A DNA stretch of 64,000 nt, taken from Chloroflexota bacterium (lineage in GTDB: Bacteria > Chloroflexota > Anaerolineae > Aggregatilineales > Ch27). A program made the translations under genes and the position numbers. The stretch lies in contig JAIOAT010000001.1 in the NCBI GenBank assembly GCA_019873685.1, positions 324,298-388,297 on the forward strand, read 5' to 3'. The notes under the pieces were generated by a model. The model ran no database searches. It was not told the origin of the DNA and saw only the letters and a program-made list of their open reading frames with translations. Positions 38,239 to 46,489 of this stretch are shown here, piece after piece (within the stretch, counting starts at the first letter, position 1; every line of letters begins with the position of its first letter).

Positions 38239-39288
38239 TTAGCCGTTGAGCCTGGCCTGCCACTTGGCCACAAGGCTCTTGTACACCTCTTCGCTGATCT
38301 CACCGTTAGCGAACCGCATATCCAGATTGTCCAGGATCGCCTGAATCTGTTCGCGAGTCTGTGGCGCAGCGGTTTGCTGCACATTCTGCTGCATCATTTG
38401 CATCATCATCTGCTGCATCATCATCTGTTGCTGTTGAAGTTGCTGCTGCAGGGCGGCCTGCTCCGGGTTGAGCGTTGCGCCGATGCTCTGCCCGACTCCC
38501 AGCCCCACCCCGGCTCCGGCCAGCGCACCACCCGCGCCGGTATTCTGGGCGGCGGCCTGAGCGATGTCCAGCCGACGAACGCGCTCATACGCCTCAATGC
38601 TCATGTAATTGCGCAGTTCATCAAGCGTAGCTTCCTTGGCCGTGAACGGCTTGATCTCAATAGCCTTGAAGCGCATTCCCAGCGCGCCGAACTTCTCGTT
38701 CAGGCGGGCCATCAGTGCGCCTTCAAGATCGTTGAGCAACTGGTTGACCTCGGGGACGCTGGTCACATCGGCGCTGCCAATCAGAGTGGTAATCTCACCC
38801 AGAAGCATCGATTGCAGCCGATCCTTGATGTCCGGGATGCGCAGGATAGGCTTGCCAATCGCATACTGGCGCACAAAGCGCACCGGATCGTCAATGCCAA
38901 TATCCATCACCCCGTGGGTTACCAGCAGGACAACGCCCATGCCTTTTCCCGGCGTCTCCATCACAATCGGTGGATTCGTCCCCCAGGGCACCTGTGGCAG
39001 GTCTTTTTGATTCACAAAATAGAGATCAGCGGTGAAGGGGTTACGCCCGCCGGTGACCATGCCGATCAGGCTGGACAGAATCGGCAGGTTGGCTGTAGAG
39101 AGTGTATGGTTGCCTGGTCCAAGTGCATCCAGGACTTCCCCCTGGCGCACAAAGACCGCCGCCTGGCTTTCCTGAACGATCACCTGCGACCCCATCCGCC
39201 AGTCACCGCCGCCAGCCTGCGGTTCGCGGTACGTTAGCTCGTCATCCATCACATTGACATGGTCAATGACATCAATAATCCGCGCCAT
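38239..39288 (-). CDS. YdjI-like SPFH/Band-7 protein with a Q/M-rich linker and C-terminal SHOCT
   Basis: N-terminal two thirds match the Band_7_1-type pattern (VIVQESQAAVFVRQGEVLDALGPGNHTLSTANLPIL). Low-complexity QQQLQQQQMMMQQMMMQMMQQ. SHOCT-like tail GEISEEVYKSLVAKWQARL. SD AAGGAG. Confidence 0.8.
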   Translation of the reverse strand: MARIIDVIDHVNVMDDELTYREPQAGGGDWRMGSQVIVQESQAAVFVRQGEVLDALGPGNHTLSTANLPILSSLIGMVTGGRNPFTADLYFVNQKDLPQVPWGTNPPIVMETPGKGMGVVLLVTHGVMDIGIDDPVRFVRQYAIGKPILRIPDIKDRLQSMLLGEITTLIGSADVTSVPEVNQLLNDLEGALMARLNEKFGALGMRFKAIEIKPFTAKEATLDELRNYMSIEAYERVRRLDIAQAAAQNTGAGGALAGAGVGLGVGQSIGATLNPEQAALQQQLQQQQMMMQQMMMQMMQQNVQQTAAPQTREQIQAILDNLDMRFANGEISEEVYKSLVAKWQARLNG

Positions 39289-39337
39289 CGGTTGTTGTCT
39301 CCTTGTCTGAAATCTCTGAATCTCTACCAGAAATCGG

Positions 39338-39871
39338 CTAAGCCAGACCGTTGATCACATCGCGGCGCAGGTCAAAGGCATGAGCTGCTTCATCCACAAC
39401 AGCTCGCAATTCGGCCAGCACTCCGGTGATGTCGGCGTTTGTTCTGGCTGCCTCTACGAACTTGTCGACGACGGCCGTAATCTGATCCACGTACCGTAGC
39501 ATGGCTTCATCAAAGGCAAAAACATCAGCCAGTTGCTCATGGCTGATCTTCAGCGCACCGGTGAACGCATACCCCGGTGCTGCTGTGCCAATACGGTCTG
39601 CCAGAGTCTGCAGTCGATCCTTCTCTGCCCGCGTCTTGCTCATCATCCGCAGCCCGCCGCTGTCAAGAATGAGGTTTTCCGCGTCGGCCATACGGACTAC
39701 CTGGGCGCGAAGCTGGCTGGCAATGTGCTCGCGCACAATGCGGTCAGCGTCACGCTGGGCGCTCATGTCGAAGTAACTCTCAATGTGCTTACCAAGCAAT
39801 GGGATGCGCGATACCAGGTTCTCAAAGGACCCGCGCTGGTTCACAATACGGTCATACAGATTGCTGCTCAT
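39338..39871 (-). CDS. Hypothetical soluble, probably all-helical protein, 177 aa
   Basis: ATG preceded by GAGGAG. No TM segment and no motif I can assign. Embedded in the operon. Confidence 0.6.
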   Translation of the reverse strand: MSSNLYDRIVNQRGSFENLVSRIPLLGKHIESYFDMSAQRDADRIVREHIASQLRAQVVRMADAENLILDSGGLRMMSKTRAEKDRLQTLADRIGTAAPGYAFTGALKISHEQLADVFAFDEAMLRYVDQITAVVDKFVEAARTNADITGVLAELRAVVDEAAHAFDLRRDVINGLA

Positions 39872-39992
39872 CGCTGTTCTATCTCCTCAGGGCTGCCCCT
39901 ATTTACACAGAGTCTGACCGGCGCAGAGTCCCCTGTACCTCAAGCATACAACAGAGTACCAGCCGGAACAATCGCGGTGCCTGGCCGCAGCC

Positions 39993-40514
39993 CTAGCTAA
40001 GAAAATACTCGGTGCCGCAGAACCGGCACGACAGTACACCCTTGCCAGTCAGTGTGATTTCGCCGCCGCAGTTTTCACAGCGCTTCAGCTCGCGTAGTTC
40101 GCGCGCCTCGCTAGAGTACAGAATCCCCTTCTCCCAGTTGATGTAGCCGCTGAACACCTGCAAGCCCACCAGCCGGTGCACCAGCGCCCTGATCTCCTCC
40201 TGGCTAACCTGCATTTCGAGCGCCAAATCTCGGACATCAACCTGACCGCGGCTGCGCACAATGTCGAGTAACTGCCGTTGCTTACCAGCTTCAGCAAGCC
40301 GCGCCGCCTCGCGATTACCCTGCACCACCATGAAGATGCCAAAACCTACCAGCGGTGCCACCAGTACAACAAAGGCAATACCCAGACCAAGGATCGCGCC
40401 TGAGGTCGTCAGGCTGCCACTGCTGACGCCGCTAAAAAGAAAGGCTGTCACGATGAGTGCAATGACCAGCCCCACTGCGATCAGAACGATGCCGACCACC
40501 CGTCCGCTACCCAC
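39993..40514 (-). CDS. Two-TM protein with a winged-helix-like segment and C-terminal Zn ribbon, 173 aa
   Basis: GTG start after AGGAGG. Two TM helices, LLDIVRSRGQVDVRDLALEMQVSQEEIRALVHRL, and CENC-x13-CRFC. Confidence 0.65.
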   Translation of the reverse strand: MGSGRVVGIVLIAVGLVIALIVTAFLFSGVSSGSLTTSGAILGLGIAFVVLVAPLVGFGIFMVVQGNREAARLAEAGKQRQLLDIVRSRGQVDVRDLALEMQVSQEEIRALVHRLVGLQVFSGYINWEKGILYSSEARELRELKRCENCGGEITLTGKGVLSCRFCGTEYFLS

Positions 40515-40550
40515 CAGTCTCCTCCTTTTGTCCCGGTTATCCCACCCGGC

Positions 40551-42470
40551 TTAGCCAAAGCCAGCGCTGCCACCACCACCGCCACCGCCGCCACCGCTGA
40601 ACCCGCCACTGAAGCCCCCTCCCCCACCGCCGGAGGAAGACGGACGGCTCACCAGCGTTGAAGAGGCGTTGTTCAGCATGGTGAACAGACCGGCTGACAT
40701 CGCGTTCAATCCGGTGTTCAGGTTGGAAGCCATACCATCCAGCGAACCGCCGGGCCGTGCTAGCTGGCTTCGGATGTCCGGGCTGCGCATGTCGACCAGT
40801 GGTTCTCCGAAGGTGTAACCCCGTACCCACGGCCCGCCCACATATCGCGGGTAGTACCAGTAAGGAATCGGGGTGGACTCGATCCGGGAAAACTGGTTGA
40901 CCCATGTTCGTTCCAGACCAAACGCGATGGCGTACGGCAGGTAATCGTTGAACTGATCAGTGGCCGCTTCAATGTCTGCGTACTGGCGCACGTTCTGCAA
41001 GTAGTTCCTGAACGCCCGCCATTTTGCCGCTTCCTCCGCTCCTTTGGCTGTCTTGGCGGGCATGCGCGGCCCGGCGATCATCATCACTACCCCTACCAGG
41101 CCCAGTGCGATGGGCAGGCAGATCACCCCTTCTGGCAGGCCGATCGCCATCTCCGCGCCGAAGGCGGCCATCACGAAAGGTGCGCCGAACGCGGCGATGG
41201 CGACCAGCGCGCCTCCGAGGCCGATCCAGCGCCGACGAACGCTCTGCGGGTTGGCGTCAAAGAATCCCTCCTTCACCACTTCATCGTAGATCTGGTTCTG
41301 AATCGTTGGGATGTGGGTGTAGAATTTGTTCTTTAGCGCCTCCATCTCGACGGCATCTTTGCGGCCAAAGAGCTTGTTGAGCAGAGTCAATTCGTAGCGG
41401 CGCAGGCTATCGGTGAGGGGTTTGGCAGTGCGCTTGAAAGTGAACGTCGTTCGGCTGCCAATCCCCAGAATACCAGGGTTTCGCTCCTCCTCAATAACCA
41501 GATATCCCCGGCGCGCCAGGTCGATGATGGTTGAGAGCACATCGCGCAGTTCGGCGCTCTCATCGATCAGCGTCCCGGCTACAGCCGGGGGAAGATCAGA
41601 CGGAGGTTCGGTCAGATATTCCGGCGCGACACCCACTTCAGGATCACGCCCACGCGACCACCAGCGGTAATAGGTGAATGCTACACCGGCAATAGCCAAT
41701 ACTATTGAACCGCTGCCCAGCAAGAGATTCAGGATAGGATAAAGCGTAGCCTGTCGGTCAAATGCGGCCTGCCAATCGGCGACCCGCCCGGCAGGGTTAT
41801 GCGGGAACTGCACCCGTACTTCCAGCGCCTCGTTGGCGGCAATCTGGCGTGTGGCACGGAATGTAACCACATTGCCATTGCGGCTGATCTCTGCTGGTGC
41901 ACCATAGGCCGCCACCGGGTCTGTGTCGCGCGGCGTATAGGCTTCAGGCAGCCGGACTGTCACTGTCGCACTCTGGATCGGGTAGGCATGATCCGGGGCA
42001 ATAGCGAACCAGTCGATCTGATCGCCCCCCTCATAATAGAACAGCGGGCCACTTACGTCATAGCTAATGGTGAACACACGCTGTTCGCTCTGAGCAGGCC
42101 GGAGGAAGTAGTAAACAATCCGCAACTCCCGTCCATCATCAGTCACGCAGTAGGTGCCTGCTCTTTCTGCACATCCCGGCTGCAGCGGTGTCCCGCCCTC
42201 TGCCACCCGCACGTTGGTGATCCGTTCTAGGCGGTCGGCAACCGGGATCGCCCGAAAACCGTATCGGAAACTTCCACCAATGAATTGAATATCATGCACC
42301 TCGGTGACGCTAAAGCGGTTGGCAGTTGTGTCTACGTTGTCGATCGTGACGTCCCACCGGCGCCAGTATAGCGATCGGCTCTGGGCGCGTGCCGCCGCGA
42401 CCGTGCCCAGCAAAACTACTCCGATAACCCACAGCGCAGCCACAAGCCACAGCCGGCGTCTTGTGATCAT
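40551..42470 (-). CDS. DUF2207-family polytopic membrane protein with a Gly-rich C-terminal tail
   Basis: Signal/anchor, extracytoplasmic N-domain, TM, cytoplasmic middle domain, further TMs. Tail SSSGGGGGGFSGGFSGGGGGGGGGSAGFG, typical of DUF2207. Confidence 0.8.
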   Translation of the reverse strand: MITRRRLWLVAALWVIGVVLLGTVAAARAQSRSLYWRRWDVTIDNVDTTANRFSVTEVHDIQFIGGSFRYGFRAIPVADRLERITNVRVAEGGTPLQPGCAERAGTYCVTDDGRELRIVYYFLRPAQSEQRVFTISYDVSGPLFYYEGGDQIDWFAIAPDHAYPIQSATVTVRLPEAYTPRDTDPVAAYGAPAEISRNGNVVTFRATRQIAANEALEVRVQFPHNPAGRVADWQAAFDRQATLYPILNLLLGSGSIVLAIAGVAFTYYRWWSRGRDPEVGVAPEYLTEPPSDLPPAVAGTLIDESAELRDVLSTIIDLARRGYLVIEEERNPGILGIGSRTTFTFKRTAKPLTDSLRRYELTLLNKLFGRKDAVEMEALKNKFYTHIPTIQNQIYDEVVKEGFFDANPQSVRRRWIGLGGALVAIAAFGAPFVMAAFGAEMAIGLPEGVICLPIALGLVGVVMMIAGPRMPAKTAKGAEEAAKWRAFRNYLQNVRQYADIEAATDQFNDYLPYAIAFGLERTWVNQFSRIESTPIPYWYYPRYVGGPWVRGYTFGEPLVDMRSPDIRSQLARPGGSLDGMASNLNTGLNAMSAGLFTMLNNASSTLVSRPSSSGGGGGGFSGGFSGGGGGGGGGSAGFG

Positions 42471-42881
42471 TGCCCTCTCTCTTGCATCTCACTGCCGTGA
42501 ATACGGTGAAATCTCTATCTTTCAGGTTCGTTATAACCGCGCTCATCGTGACGCGCAAGTTGGGGGCTGTGATATCAGGTGCAACCCTTCGCCGGTATCA
42601 GCATCAAACTCCAGGGGACTTCCGCTCTCCAGAGCGCTCAATCTCAGTCGCGCGATCCGGCGGTATTACGGTACAATGAAGTTTGACAACCGGGCGCGCC
42701 TGAAGCAAGGTAACCACTCCACATCGCTGCCGGCATAGGTTTGGCTCGAGGATGATACGCAAATCTTGCTCGAGACCAACATTCAGAGTGGGAATATCGC
42801 ACCAACGGGTTATAATGTACCGCCGCCCTGAGGGCTGTCCACAGCTGCGATTCTTGTATCTGCTCCTGGGGAGTGTATGTG

Positions 42882-42957
42882 CCTGAGTATCGTGTTGTTA
42901 GGCAAGGGAGTCTGTGCGTATGCTCAGGAAGCCTTGCCTGACCGCAAGGCTCTTTTT
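42882..42957 (+). promoter_or_regulatory. Attenuator-like leader: terminator hairpin with a competing upstream helix, before the sigma gene
   Basis: Terminator GCCUUGC-n6-GCAAGGC (42931-42950) plus a U-rich run (42951-42965). Segment 42932-42942 can instead pair with 42897-42907 (11 bp including one G-U). Confidence 0.5.
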
Positions 42958-42998
42958 CTGTGTTTTCGGAACCCTGATAGGCAACTGACCCTCACGCT

Positions 42999-44213
42999 AT
43001 GACGGTGACAGAAGCAACCCGCGATCCCATTCTCGACCTGCTGCTCTCACAGGGAGACAAGCAGGGATACCTGACCTACGACGACATTCTGGCGGTTCTC
43101 CCACCGGAGCACCAGGATGATGTCTCCAGACTTGATGAGATTCTGGAACTCCTGGCAGAGTCCGGCATTTCCGTTCTCTCAGAACCGCCTGGAGACGAGC
43201 AATTTGCCAGGCAACTCGGCGATGTCACCGGCACGGCTGACCTCACCGCCGTTGAGGAATTTGACCTGCGAGACGACGCGGGCTACCAGCAGGCTCTGGA
43301 GACCGATGATGTCGTCGGCCTTTACCTTAAGGAAGCCGGGCGGGTCCCTCTGCTGACTGCTGAGCAGGAGGTTGCCCTGGCGCGGCGGATTGAATCGGCG
43401 ACCCTGGCCAGAGAGCAACTTGAGGAATATGGCGACTCGCTCGATCCGGATACCCGTTACGAGCTTGAGAGGATCATTGCCGACGGCGAGGAGGCGCAGG
43501 AGCATCTCATCAGGGCTAATGCCAGGCTGGTCGTCAGCATCGCTAAGAAGTACGTTGGGCGTGGTGTGGCATTCCTGGACCTGATTCAAGAAGGTAACAT
43601 CGGCCTGATCCGCGCTGTGCGCAAGTTCGAATACCGACGCGGTCACAAGTTCAGCACCTATGCGACCTGGTGGATCCGGCAGGCGGTCAGCCGGGCGGTT
43701 GCCGATCAGGGCCGCACGATCCGCGTGCCGGTGCACATGGGCGACCAGATCAACCGGCTGCTGCGTGTGTCGGCGTTGCTTGCGCAGCAACTGGGCCGCG
43801 ATCCGACCATTGAGGAACTGGCTGAAGCGATGGAGACGGAGCCAGAGCGTGTCTCGGAACTCATGGAAATCTCCCGCCGTCCGGTCAGCCTGGACGAGCC
43901 AACCAACGATGAGCAGGATGCCGAGATCGGGGACTTCATCGAGGATATCTCATCCCCTTCCCCACCCCAGATCGTGGCCGATCAGCTGTTGCGCCAGCAG
44001 GTGAACGAGTTGCTTAACCGTCTGCCGGAACGCGAGGCTTACATCCTGAAGCTGCGCTATGGCCTCTTGGATGGCCGGGTGCATACCCTGGAAGAGGTTG
44101 GGCAGGAGATCGGGGTAACCCGCGAACGGGTGCGCCAGCTGGAAGCCCAAGCGCTCAACCGGCTGCGTCACTCGTCTGCACTGATGTTGCGTGACTACCT
44201 GGTTGAGGATTGA
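42999..44213 (+). CDS. rpoD: Primary (group 1) RNA polymerase sigma factor
   Basis: Region 1.1 at the N-terminus, region 2 ([35 protein letters not shown]), region 3, and region 4.2 ([24 protein letters not shown]). Confidence 0.93.
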   Translation: MTVTEATRDPILDLLLSQGDKQGYLTYDDILAVLPPEHQDDVSRLDEILELLAESGISVLSEPPGDEQFARQLGDVTGTADLTAVEEFDLRDDAGYQQALETDDVVGLYLKEAGRVPLLTAEQEVALARRIESATLAREQLEEYGDSLDPDTRYELERIIADGEEAQEHLIRANARLVVSIAKKYVGRGVAFLDLIQEGNIGLIRAVRKFEYRRGHKFSTYATWWIRQAVSRAVADQGRTIRVPVHMGDQINRLLRVSALLAQQLGRDPTIEELAEAMETEPERVSELMEISRRPVSLDEPTNDEQDAEIGDFIEDISSPSPPQIVADQLLRQQVNELLNRLPEREAYILKLRYGLLDGRVHTLEEVGQEIGVTRERVRQLEAQALNRLRHSSALMLRDYLVED

Positions 44214-44227
44214 CAAGGAGGGGGCAA

Positions 44228-45019
44228 GTGGAAAGACGCGCTGCCCGGCAAAACCTGTCATTCTGGGTCTGGCCGCTGGTGCTGGTCGTTGCTGGCATCC
44301 TGCTACTTCTGCGCAATTACCTGTTGCTGGATTTTGACGTGTGGCAGCTGTGGCCGCTCGTGTTGATTATTCTGGGGATTCAGATTGCCCTGGCGGGCGA
44401 ACCGGGCAACCGGGCTGCGCAGAGCTTTCGGGTTTCTCGCGGCAGTGTTGAAGCGGCCACATTGCAGGCCAGCAGCGGTGATGTGGACATCCACCTGAAT
44501 GCTCTAGAAGGGCAGGAAGGCCGTTTGATTGCCGGTCAATATACGGCTAACTCGCGCCCGGAATTGGCAACCCAGGGTAATCGGGCAATTATCACCATGC
44601 AGCGCGGAAAGACATGGTTCCTCTCGCTGGCGGACTGGGAAATTGAACTCGCTACAGACCTGCCATGGGAGATTCTGGCAAGCACCCACCTTGGCGAGAT
44701 CAGCGGCGATCTGCGCGGGCTGATCATTGATCGGGCGCACTTCGCGACTGGTTTGGGTGATATTCGTCTGATCGCCCCTGATAGACCCGCTGGCCCCCTG
44801 GTCTTCCGCTCAACACTGGGTAACATTCACCTGACCGTACCTGCTGATATGGAAGCCAGCCTGACGATCCAGGCTGGCCCTCTATTCACTGTCAAGATTG
44901 AAGATCCACGATGGCGCTCAGATGGCAATCGCCATTATGTGACTGCCGGCTACACAGGCGCTGTCGAGCCACTTGAGCTGATTGTCGGTGGAACCTTCGG
45001 CGGCCTGACTCTGAGCTGA
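44228..45019 (+). CDS. LiaF-like membrane protein (LiaI-LiaF-type TM pair plus toastrack/DUF4097-like domain)
   Basis: N-terminal WVWPLVLVVAGILLLLRN...LWPLVLIILGIQIAL. Repetitive beta-strand region with GDVDIHLNA, GDIRLIAPD, GNIHLTVPADMEASL. GTG at 44228 after AAGGAGGGGG. The ORF opens at 44210, overlapping the rpoD stop. Confidence 0.7.
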   Translation: MERRAARQNLSFWVWPLVLVVAGILLLLRNYLLLDFDVWQLWPLVLIILGIQIALAGEPGNRAAQSFRVSRGSVEAATLQASSGDVDIHLNALEGQEGRLIAGQYTANSRPELATQGNRAIITMQRGKTWFLSLADWEIELATDLPWEILASTHLGEISGDLRGLIIDRAHFATGLGDIRLIAPDRPAGPLVFRSTLGNIHLTVPADMEASLTIQAGPLFTVKIEDPRWRSDGNRHYVTAGYTGAVEPLELIVGGTFGGLTLS

Positions 45020-45892
45020 TCACCGGAAGATCAGGTCAAGCGTTGTGTCTGTCAACCGTATTTGTACCAGGCCAAGCGAATAGCCGCTTGCCTGAACACG
45101 TAGCTGGCTCAGGGCAGTATTCATCTGAGCTACCGTCTGGTTGACGTACCTGGCGATATCGGCGTTCACGTCTATTGTGTAGACCTGCCCGTTGAGCACG
45201 ACTCCCTGAGCAGCGACGCTCTTCGCATCCGGTCCCAGCACCAGCAGCAAACCTAGACCTTGCGTCAACCCTCCCAGTGAGACAGCGCCATAGACCAGCA
45301 AACCGCCGGGGTGAAAGTCAACGGCTGTCACCCGGAACTGATCAGTTACGCACCCGCGCAGTAGTGTGCGGCAGATGCCGTCAAGCGCGCTTTCGTTATA
45401 GGAAATCAGTGCCAGCGGGGCGCCGTCCACGGCCTGTCCGAACCATGCCGCCTCGGTGAGCGATTCGGCGGTGCGCAACGTAACGCTGCCAGTTCCGCTG
45501 CTCATCTGAATCTCCGCCGGCACGCTATAAGACTGAAACCACCCCTGGTATGGGTTGCTGCCCGAGGCGCCTGCGGAATTGCTACTGGAACCAGTAGCGC
45601 CTCCGGCCACGCTCACGGGCGTCGGCGTTGGTCCGGTCACTCCGGCCTGACCCTGTACTGCGGGAGGCGTAGGCGGCAGATTCACCACCTCAAAAGGCGT
45701 CACTACAACCTGTTCCCAGAAGTCTTCTACGCTGCCCTGTGGGCGGAACCCAACTACCTGCAGGAGTAACCCCGGAAGCGCCGAGATCATCAGTACTGCG
45801 CCAATACACCCCAGCACAACAAAAGGGATCAGCCAGAGCAGGCACGAACCGCGTTGTCGCCTTCTTGCGGGAAGTTTTCTGGTTTGCATCAT
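45020..45892 (-). CDS. Hypothetical membrane-anchored protein, 290 aa
   Basis: Arg-rich N-terminus, one TM, PT/GS-rich linker, and an uncharacterised domain. Abuts the convergent toastrack gene with no spacer. Confidence 0.55.
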   Translation of the reverse strand: MMQTRKLPARRRQRGSCLLWLIPFVVLGCIGAVLMISALPGLLLQVVGFRPQGSVEDFWEQVVVTPFEVVNLPPTPPAVQGQAGVTGPTPTPVSVAGGATGSSSNSAGASGSNPYQGWFQSYSVPAEIQMSSGTGSVTLRTAESLTEAAWFGQAVDGAPLALISYNESALDGICRTLLRGCVTDQFRVTAVDFHPGGLLVYGAVSLGGLTQGLGLLLVLGPDAKSVAAQGVVLNGQVYTIDVNADIARYVNQTVAQMNTALSQLRVQASGYSLGLVQIRLTDTTLDLIFR

Positions 45893-45932
45893 TTGCTCCT
45901 GTATTTAGGAAGTCCGAGTGTCGGAAAACGCC

Positions 45933-45961
45933 TTGTCAATCCGCCTGCCATTCGCTATACT
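45933..45961 (+). promoter_or_regulatory. Promoter of tRNA-Cys
   Basis: TTGTCA (45933-45938), 17-nt spacer, TATACT (45956-45961). Confidence 0.55.
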
Positions 45962-45972
45962 ATCGTTTACCT

Positions 45973-46043
45973 GGCGACGTCGCCAAGTGGCAAGGCAAGG
46001 GTCTGCAAAACCCTCATCGTCGGTTCGATTCCGACCGTCGCCT
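45973..46043 (+). tRNA. tRNA-Cys (anticodon GCA)
   Basis: Hand-folded 71-nt cloverleaf. Acceptor GGCGACG/CGTCGCC, anticodon arm AGGGT-CTGCAAA-ACCCT, T arm GTCGG-TTCGATT-CCGAC. A13:A22 mismatch and U73 discriminator, as known for bacterial tRNA-Cys. Confidence 0.9.
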
Positions 46044-46051
46044 CCTGGGTT

Positions 46052-46083
46052 AAACGCCGGTCCAGTGCCTGGATTGGCGTTTT
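46052..46083 (+). terminator. Terminator after tRNA-Cys
   Basis: AAACGCC..TCCAG-TGC-CTGGA..GGCGTTT composite hairpin followed by TTT. Confidence 0.55.
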
Positions 46084-46149
46084 GCCATATGATGGGTTGT
46101 CGCGCAACTTCACTGGGTTATCGCGGCAACTACATGACTATAGTGCAAA

Positions 46150-46431
46150 GCGTTGATGGCGACGAGTACGGCATGCTGCGCAGCACAGAGAGCGACCGCC
46201 CGCTGAGAGAGTCGCCTGCAGGCATGTCTGGAAGAACCCGCCAGAGCGTCACGGCGAAGCTCGGGGGCTGTTGCCCGCCGTCAGTAGCTGTGAACGGGTG
46301 CGCCCGTTACCGCGCCTGAGTTCCGTAATCCTGTTCGGGACTTGCAGAGGCCAGCGGTCGTGAGGCCGCTGGCGATCCAAGGTGGCACCACGAGCGCCCC
46401 CTCGTCCTTGGCGACAGGGGGCGTTCTTGTT
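46150..46431 (+). promoter_or_regulatory. T-box riboswitch leader upstream of aspS
   Basis: Stem I elements: AGUA (46165-46168), AGAGAG (46187-46192), and 3' specifier-loop strand UGGAAGAACC (46229-46238). T-box sequence CCAAGGUGGCACCACGAG (46377-46394). Terminator CGCCCCCU/AGGGGGCG (46395-46423) plus UUCUUGUU. Confidence 0.8.
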
Positions 46432-46489
46432 GCCACATCCCGGCGCGGTGGTCAAACCCCGCCGGAAAGGACTCAGACAGGAGGGTCCC

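Noticed and set aside
40557-40640. GGN/GCC-type short tandem repetition (also PT-linker repeats near 12590-12660 and 11480-11570)
   Set aside because: These are in-frame coding low-complexity regions (the Gly-rich DUF2207 tail and Pro/Thr linkers of the LysM proteins). They are not CRISPR arrays or non-coding tandem repeats, and no repeat-spacer periodicity is present.
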